Virus record (IMG/VR): IMGVR_UViG_3300017706_002363
Origin: an uncultured virus (IMG/VR IMGVR_UViG_3300017706_002363)
Taxonomy: Duplodnaviria > Heunggongvirae > Uroviricota > Caudoviricetes
Strand: one strand, 5' to 3'
Length of the DNA: 20,000 nucleotides
Both the position numbers and the translations under genes were made by a program. This document shows positions 9,169-15,017 of this stretch, in pieces (the first letter of the stretch is position 1; each line of letters starts with the position of its first letter). Below the pieces are notes generated by a model. It ran no database searches, was not told the origin of the DNA, and saw nothing but the letters and a program-made list of their open reading frames with translations.

Positions 9169-9513
9169 ATGGCAAAATTTAATGATAGAAAATGGCGAAG
9201 AGAACTAATAGAACTTAGTGAAGGTGCTAGTCCTAAAGAAGGTGCAAGAAGACTTATTGATAAATTAGTACAATCAAAACTTCTTGATAAAAAGAACGAA
9301 AAGAAAGCAATAGATTTACTTACTTATTTAATGGCTAGAGGAATACATGAAGGCAAATTAAATGAAGGTGTAAAAGAAAACATGCTTAAAGCAATTCCTG
9401 ATTCTTATAATTATGACAAGTTGGCAAAAGACGTTGCTGATATTATCAAAGAAGAGTATGGTTCTCATAATGTAAAACCTTTTATTAAATCTATTACAAA
9501 ATATTTAAAATGA
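9169..9513 (+). CDS. Modular helical hypothetical protein with internal LxE-G linkers
   Basis: ELIELSEG and GIHEGKLNEG linkers. ATGA overlap with the next gene. Confidence 0.7.
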   Translation: MAKFNDRKWRRELIELSEGASPKEGARRLIDKLVQSKLLDKKNEKKAIDLLTYLMARGIHEGKLNEGVKENMLKAIPDSYNYDKLAKDVADIIKEEYGSHNVKPFIKSITKYLK

Positions 9514-9908
9514 TTAAGCTAAAGGATATACTATCAGAGGGATTGTCGACAAAAGATATACAATCGATAGTTAATGAGGTTTATCCTAAAGTAATAAAAT
9601 ATTTTGGTAAAAAAGGTTCTGTACCTAAAATAGAAATACACAACAGCATATATGCAAGATTAAGTGGAGTTGAAGGTATGGTTGGCGAAGCCAATCCTCA
9701 TGCAGAATATGACCACGAAAGAAATAAAATATATTTATATAAACCTAAGATGACAAACAGAGAACAAGTCATTAGGTCTATAATTCATGAATATACACAC
9801 TCAAAACAAGACATAAGCAAAATAGAAAAATACAGAAAGTTAGGATACAAAAAGAATCCTTTTGAAGTTGAAGCTCACAATGCAGAAAAACATTGGAGAA
9901 AATTTTAA
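9510..9908 (+). CDS. Zincin-type HExxH metallopeptidase with N-terminal MIKLKDILSE tag
   Basis: SIIHEYTHSKQ plus a downstream NPFEVEA (third-ligand Glu), preceded by the AEYD....KIYL strand pair. Confidence 0.8.
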   Translation: MIKLKDILSEGLSTKDIQSIVNEVYPKVIKYFGKKGSVPKIEIHNSIYARLSGVEGMVGEANPHAEYDHERNKIYLYKPKMTNREQVIRSIIHEYTHSKQDISKIEKYRKLGYKKNPFEVEAHNAEKHWRKF

Positions 9909-9934
9909 TATGTGTAAGATTTTTATTATATTAG
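9904..9934 (+). promoter_or_regulatory. Putative Bacteroidota-type promoter (TTTA-19 bp-TATATTAG)
   Basis: Same spacing as three other copies and as the TTTG-N19-21-TAnnTTTG consensus. Ends 4 nt before ATG 9939. Confidence 0.5.
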
Positions 9935-9938
9935 TATT

Positions 9939-10469
9939 ATGATTAGACTAAAAGACATATTGACAGAAGGCAAAAAAGGAATGCTTAGTATATTTGATTT
10001 TGATGATACTATAGTAAAATCAGATTCATGGGTATATGTTAAAAAACCTGACGGTACTGAATATAAACTTGACGCTGCAGAGTTTGCACTTCATAAAGGA
10101 CTTAAAGCAGGTGAACAATATGATTTTAGAGATTTTGATAGAAAATTAAGAAGTCCTAGACTTATAAAGAAAAATGCAGATTTGCTTCGCAAGCAATTAA
10201 AAAAAGGCGGACGAAAGGTTACGATACTTACAGCAAGAAGACTTGGAGCACCAATAGGTCATTTTTTTAGAACAATAGGAATTGACCCTTATGTAGTTGC
10301 ACTTGGAGATGGAAATCCTCAAAAGAAGGCAGACTATATTGAACGTGAAATCAAGAAAGGTTACGATCCGATATACTTTATGGACGACAGCCCTAAAAAT
10401 ATCAAAGCAGTCGACAAACTTAAGGTTAAATATCCTCATATAACGATAGTAACATCACTGGTTAAATAG
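9939..10469 (+). CDS. HAD-superfamily phosphatase with N-terminal MIRLKDILTE tag
   Basis: Motif I FDFDDT, motif II ILTAR, motif III K (PQKK), motif IV FMDDSPKN. Confidence 0.88.
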   Translation: MIRLKDILTEGKKGMLSIFDFDDTIVKSDSWVYVKKPDGTEYKLDAAEFALHKGLKAGEQYDFRDFDRKLRSPRLIKKNADLLRKQLKKGGRKVTILTARRLGAPIGHFFRTIGIDPYVVALGDGNPQKKADYIEREIKKGYDPIYFMDDSPKNIKAVDKLKVKYPHITIVTSLVK

Positions 10470-10533
10470 CTGTTTGATATTTATATATAGGAAAATTAAT
10501 AATTAAAAAAACCGTAAAGGTAGGGTATATGTT

Positions 10534-10794
10534 ATGGCATGCTGCACTAAACGAAAAAAGCAAATATTCATAAAACAGGTAAAAGGATTCATGAGATCGA
10601 TGTGGTTAAACATCAAATCAGGATTTAAACATGTTACATATGAAGAATACGAAGACAGATTGATGGTATGTCATGGCTGTCCTTTTTTAAATCACAAAGA
10701 AACACAGTGTACAGACTGTGGTTGTTATGTAAAAGTAAAAGCAAGATTAAAAGTTGAGGATTGTCCTCAAGGTTATTGGAAGAAATTAAGATGA
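10534..10794 (+). CDS. Small Cys-rich metal-binding protein (DUF6171-like)
   Basis: Pattern RLMVCHGCP...QCTDCGCYVKVKARL..EDCPQGYW. Family name is from memory. Confidence 0.75.
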   Translation: MACCTKRKKQIFIKQVKGFMRSMWLNIKSGFKHVTYEEYEDRLMVCHGCPFLNHKETQCTDCGCYVKVKARLKVEDCPQGYWKKLR

Positions 10795-10913
10795 AAATAG
10801 AAATTAAAAAATTAAATGACACAGAATATATTATATATTTAATAGATGAGTCAGGACAAAAAATTAAAGCTAAAATAATAAAAGCAGATTTGCAAGATAA
10901 GATATGGGATTAA
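10791..10913 (+). CDS. 40-aa hypothetical protein (not in ORF track)
   Basis: MKIEIKKLNDTEYIIYLIDESGQKIKAKIIKADLQDKIWD. ATGA-coupled upstream and overlapping the start of the next gene. Confidence 0.5.
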   Translation: MKIEIKKLNDTEYIIYLIDESGQKIKAKIIKADLQDKIWD

Positions 10914-11611
10914 TACATTCTAATTTACAAGGAGTACCAGGACTAGGCTGTCAGTCGCCAGCAATTACATCTATACTTTTTGTAACTGCTGCAAATGCCG
11001 TATCGTTAGATGCTTCAGGTGCAGGTTCATATAATGCAGATAACAAAAGCTTTATAGAAGACAAGAAGATAAGATGTACATCAGAAGGAGTGTTAAAAAA
11101 GTTTACTCAAATTCATCAAGACGATGGAGTATCTCTTCCTTCTGCAAATGCAAAGAATACTTCTACTCCTAATATAGATGTTAAAAGACCTAATTGTACA
11201 TGTGCAAAGCTTACAGACTTAACAATAAAACACCAACAGACGTCAGCAACACCATCCAATGTATACAGTATTACATTTGCAGATGGTTACAGTATTAAAC
11301 TAGGAAAATATATATTTTTGCTTAAGATAGGAGCAAGCGGTTTAGAGTTTTCAAAAGTAGAAGACTTAACAACAAATGATTATATTGCAAAATGTGCAAC
11401 ACCAGGACGTACAGATGAAATCTCTGCAGGCTGTGTAAAAATAACAAGTATATCATCAAACGCTTCTGTTGATGCAGGAGAATATTTTGTAACTGAGCCA
11501 GAAACAGACTGGCCTCAAAGCCAATTTCCAACTAGCGAAATAAGATGTTCATTAATGTTGGAAAATGGTGTATATATATTTACAATACCTGATGGAGGTG
11601 AATACGCATAA
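10904..11611 (+). CDS. Protein with degenerate Hint-like domain
   Basis: SFIEDKKIRCTSEGVLKKFTQIHQDDGV (block A-like), VYSITFADG, FSKVEDLTTNDYI, VKITSI and MLENGVYI. No TxxH or terminal HN. Confidence 0.55.
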   Translation: MGLIHSNLQGVPGLGCQSPAITSILFVTAANAVSLDASGAGSYNADNKSFIEDKKIRCTSEGVLKKFTQIHQDDGVSLPSANAKNTSTPNIDVKRPNCTCAKLTDLTIKHQQTSATPSNVYSITFADGYSIKLGKYIFLLKIGASGLEFSKVEDLTTNDYIAKCATPGRTDEISAGCVKITSISSNASVDAGEYFVTEPETDWPQSQFPTSEIRCSLMLENGVYIFTIPDGGEYA

Positions 11612-14193
11612 TGGCAACTCCTGGAGTAAATATAGCTAATGGTAATCCTGTAGTTCCTGAAGGAGAATTCTGGCACCATCCTGTACACATACATAGACAC
11701 AGATATCAAGGTGTGTATAATAATGGAGATGATGCTTTTTATGGTTCAGTAATATCTGCAGACACTAAGTTTTGGAGAAGAGGCTCAGGTACAGGTTTTT
11801 TACAAACATTTGCAGAGATAAATAGTGGCATTGCAATAAATTCAAATTTCCAAGCTCCTAGTATATCTATTCCTGATGCTGGTACATGTGCAACACACTC
11901 ATACCATACAAAAAGAATATATGATGTTTCAGTAAATTTTGATGAGGTCGATTCAATAAACTTTTTATCACCTTCTAATAAAGACGCTTATTTTTTATGG
12001 AAAGAGTTTCCTGAAACATCACCTCTTACTACATCTTCAATGTTTCGGTATGTAGGTGGAATACTTACAAAGTTTTACAATGACTTTAACTGGTTTGATT
12101 TTCGTACAGGAAGTAGTGGGCACCCTCAATATCATTTAGGATTTAATCATGGAGATTCTAAAGGTATGATTTTCACAACAGCTTCTAGTTTAAATAATAT
12201 AAACTATTGGAATGACCCTGCATCTACAGGAGATTACACAGAGCAGTTTGTGCAAGGGCTAAATAGAAACTATGGCTTTTGGTTAACAGCTAGTAAAATG
12301 GGTACAGGGATAATCGATATAACGTCTAGCTTTGGACATGTAAATGAATACTATCACCCAGATCAGCCTTATGGAGCTTTAGAAGGTTTAGATGACATAT
12401 ACATAGCATCAATACAGAGAGACTCAGTACCAACATTTGCAGCACCAGCTCCAGGTTTTGGATTTACAATTCAAAGGCATTATAGTTCAAGTATATTTAC
12501 AGACATTAGAGGCTGGGATATAACAGGTTCACAAGGAGGCCATACATTCTATCACGATGCATTTACTCAAAACACTGTAATGTGGAAAGGAGTAAGTCAA
12601 GATGATAGAATTGCAACTGCACCATTCAGTCATTCTTTATTAGGTTTAGAGTTTAGTAGAGAGTATGGCGACGCTTGGACAGGAAGCGACACTACACGAT
12701 ATTTTAATAATGTTGAAATTGAAAACAGTCCTGAAAGAAGAATAAGAGGAACGCTTTCGGGTAAATACGATTATTGGTTTAAATTTGCAGGTACTCAACC
12801 TGTTATGGTTAAACGACCTACTTGTCAGTGCACAGAATTTATAGACTTTTTTAACGTACCTTATCAATCTGTAAAAAGTATATCGAAACCTTTGCGTAGC
12901 CTTGATTATTATAGGCTTACATTTACAGACGGATATACATTTACAGCAGGAGGATTGTTAAGACTTTTTACATTTAATCCTTTACATATATCTGCTACTC
13001 AATCACTTGTAGGTTATCCTAACTCATCACAATGGCCTCACAGTCTTACTACTAGAACACCTGTAGAATTATTCAATAGTTCTAGTGACTTTATAAACGC
13101 AAACGATGTAGGCTTTATTAAGTGTGCAGATTTAATACCTGGAACAACACAACTTTCAGGTTATACAACACTGGCATCAATAGAAAAATTTGATGTACCT
13201 GAGCTTTCAAGTAGCCTAAGACCATATTATTGGAATGAAACGCTAGGTGAAAAACACTTTGACATTAATGCGACATCTTCATGTCCCACAAGTAGTACTA
13301 CACATCACGACTTTTTTCCTCATATGACAAGAGTTCATACAAACATGGGAGAATTTACATCTTCTGCAGAAAAAAGTCATATAGATGGTGTGATAATGAT
13401 AGAAAACGGATTGTATGTTGGATTTGAATCACATAGACATATTACATTCGATACTATATCTGCAGTTGATAACACAGGATGCTCAGGAGCTCCAAATGGA
13501 ACAATAGATGTTACAGCGAATGGAGGTATTGCACCTTTAACATATTCTTGGAGCAATGGAGATACAGGAAATTCAATAACAGGACTAAGTGAAGGATTTT
13601 ATACAGGTTCTGTAACAGATGCTAATGGGTATTTTAACTATGTAATAGTAGAAGTTGAATCATCAGCACCTGCAGTGTCTGCTTCAATGGCAATAAGAGG
13701 TCCTCATACAAATGCAGACCCATCAGTACCTTATTTCAGACATAATATTGCAGTGTCAATGTCACCTCAATCAGGATGTCCACCGTTTACTTATTCTTAT
13801 GAAATGGGGTATAACAGTGGTCCTAATCCACCTCTTTGGGAAGCTTTATGTACTCAGTCTTACGATGATTATTTAATTAATGGTAATACATGTGGTAATA
13901 ATAGTCCGTTTAACTACCCTCAAAGTGACCTATGGACTGGTAGTTTAAATAATTATGCCACAAAGAATGTTATCGATGGTATAAGACTTCATACAAATCC
14001 TTTTTCAAATATGATTAGAGTTACTGTTACAGATTCTAATGCTAATACTTATCAAGTTTCTGGTGCATGGGCAATCGCTGGAGCTGGTGGTGCAGATGTA
14101 TTTGCTAATGCTGCAAATGTAAATGGCTGTACTCAATCGACCGCTGCAAATTACAACTTCTTTGCCAATATTGATGATGGTTCTTGTATATAA
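11611..14193 (+). CDS. Large Ser/Thr-rich protein: split Hint-like domain, SprB repeat and C-terminal GCTD repeat; possibly virion-associated or adhesin-like
   Basis: Motifs paralogous to the upstream gene at 12811-13420. SprB-type repeat GCSGAPNGTIDVTANGGIAPLTYSWSNG...GLSEGFYTGSVTDANG at about 13465-13630. Ends in GCTQSTAANYNFFANIDDGSCI. Confidence 0.7.
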   Translation: MATPGVNIANGNPVVPEGEFWHHPVHIHRHRYQGVYNNGDDAFYGSVISADTKFWRRGSGTGFLQTFAEINSGIAINSNFQAPSISIPDAGTCATHSYHTKRIYDVSVNFDEVDSINFLSPSNKDAYFLWKEFPETSPLTTSSMFRYVGGILTKFYNDFNWFDFRTGSSGHPQYHLGFNHGDSKGMIFTTASSLNNINYWNDPASTGDYTEQFVQGLNRNYGFWLTASKMGTGIIDITSSFGHVNEYYHPDQPYGALEGLDDIYIASIQRDSVPTFAAPAPGFGFTIQRHYSSSIFTDIRGWDITGSQGGHTFYHDAFTQNTVMWKGVSQDDRIATAPFSHSLLGLEFSREYGDAWTGSDTTRYFNNVEIENSPERRIRGTLSGKYDYWFKFAGTQPVMVKRPTCQCTEFIDFFNVPYQSVKSISKPLRSLDYYRLTFTDGYTFTAGGLLRLFTFNPLHISATQSLVGYPNSSQWPHSLTTRTPVELFNSSSDFINANDVGFIKCADLIPGTTQLSGYTTLASIEKFDVPELSSSLRPYYWNETLGEKHFDINATSSCPTSSTTHHDFFPHMTRVHTNMGEFTSSAEKSHIDGVIMIENGLYVGFESHRHITFDTISAVDNTGCSGAPNGTIDVTANGGIAPLTYSWSNGDTGNSITGLSEGFYTGSVTDANGYFNYVIVEVESSAPAVSASMAIRGPHTNADPSVPYFRHNIAVSMSPQSGCPPFTYSYEMGYNSGPNPPLWEALCTQSYDDYLINGNTCGNNSPFNYPQSDLWTGSLNNYATKNVIDGIRLHTNPFSNMIRVTVTDSNANTYQVSGAWAIAGAGGADVFANAANVNGCTQSTAANYNFFANIDDGSCI

Positions 14194-14210
14194 AATAAAC
14201 CTATAAAAGT

Positions 14211-14241
14211 TTTTATATATCAAATATTTTTGTTATATTAG
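14211..14241 (+). promoter_or_regulatory. Putative Bacteroidota-type promoter (TTTT-19 bp-TATATTAG)
   Basis: Aligns without gaps to the 14531-14561 copy (both preceded by AAAAGT). Ends 4 nt before ATG 14246. Confidence 0.55.
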
Positions 14242-14245
14242 TTAT

Positions 14246-14431
14246 ATGGAAAAAGCGTACAAAAAAGCACTAAAAGTAATTGCAAGCTGTAACAAGCCTG
14301 TTCATATACAATCAGCGTATAACTATTCGTATAATTTCTGGAAACTTTATGGAGATGAAGCAGGTGGTACAGCATTGTATAGAAGGTTACGAGATAAATG
14401 CAAAAGAAAAGGGAGAATAATAAATGGATGA
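14246..14431 (+). CDS. 61-aa basic helical hypothetical protein
   Basis: ORF directly after a putative promoter, of typical small phage gene size. Confidence 0.65.
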   Translation: MEKAYKKALKVIASCNKPVHIQSAYNYSYNFWKLYGDEAGGTALYRRLRDKCKRKGRIING

Positions 14432-14495
14432 CTACTGGACATATGACACCACGTTTAATTGTGATTGGTACTATTGTTATTTAGAATGGGTATAA
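14424..14495 (+). CDS. 23-aa aromatic/acidic microprotein (not in ORF track)
   Basis: MDDYWTYDTTFNCDWYYCYLEWV. GGGAGA upstream; overlaps the previous stop. Confidence 0.35.
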   Translation: MDDYWTYDTTFNCDWYYCYLEWV

Positions 14496-14536
14496 ATTAG
14501 CATATTTTGCAAAAATAATTGCTAAAAAGTTTTTTT

Positions 14537-14578
14537 ATCCGAAAAAAATAGCGTATATTTATAGTATAAATAAAAACA
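14537..14578 (+). promoter_or_regulatory. Repeated promoter element, copy 1
   Basis: ATCCGAAAAAAATAGCGTATATTTATAGTATAAATAAAAACA, 41/42 identical to 14966-15007. Confidence 0.8.
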
Positions 14579-14585
14579 ATTAACT

Positions 14586-14846
14586 ATGGATAGAATAAAT
14601 TTAAAAACAATTACTCAACTTTACAATGAAATGGATTGCTATAATGTAGGCAACATTGAAATAGGTGTTAGTGAATTCAACAAAGGAACTTTTACCTTGA
14701 GATTTGGTTACTGGAAAAAATTATCAGAAGAAAATGTAGAAAGAGTAAATTACATTCTACCTAACCACCTTCATATCGTAGAGCAATTTGTAGATGAAGA
14801 TGAAGATTGTGGTGAGTTATATAACTACTTAATACTTAGAAAATGA
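14586..14846 (+). CDS. 86-aa acidic hypothetical protein
   Basis: ORF immediately after repeat copy 1. Confidence 0.75.
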   Translation: MDRINLKTITQLYNEMDCYNVGNIEIGVSEFNKGTFTLRFGYWKKLSEENVERVNYILPNHLHIVEQFVDEDEDCGELYNYLILRK

Positions 14847-14941
14847 TAGAAAATATTTTAAAAAAGGCATTTGCAGTGGCCTGGATAATAGGTGCAATGG
14901 TTATTTTAATGTTAACAACTCAATTGTTAATAACTTTTTGA
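14843..14941 (+). CDS. 32-aa single-TM microprotein (not in ORF track)
   Basis: MIENILKKAFAVAWIIGAMVILMLTTQLLITF, ATGA-coupled. Confidence 0.45.
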   Translation: MIENILKKAFAVAWIIGAMVILMLTTQLLITF

Positions 14942-14965
14942 AAATAGTTGCAAAATACCTTTCAA

Positions 14966-15007
14966 ATCCCAAAAAAATAGCGTATATTTATAGTATAAAT
15001 AAAAACA
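14966..15007 (+). promoter_or_regulatory. Repeated promoter element, copy 2
   Basis: ATCCCAAAAAAATAGCGTATATTTATAGTATAAATAAAAACA, ending 10 nt before ATG 15018. Confidence 0.8.
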
Positions 15008-15017
15008 TAACATCAAT

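Noticed and set aside
5681..10485. GATATTTATA as a late promoter (5681, 7289, 10476)
   Set aside because: Two of the three copies are inside genes, and AT-rich chance occurrence cannot be excluded without genome-wide counts.
10904..13420. Active mobile intein
   Set aside because: No block B TxxH, no terminal (H)N-C/S/T, no LAGLIDADG motif and no recognisable host extein.
14202..14217. TATAAAA-GT-TTTTATA as an intrinsic terminator
   Set aside because: An AT-only stem with a 2-nt loop is too weak, and it overlaps the putative promoter -33 region.
14925..14933. DnaA-box-like TGTTAATAA suggesting an origin
   Set aside because: It is a single mismatched copy, not a cluster.
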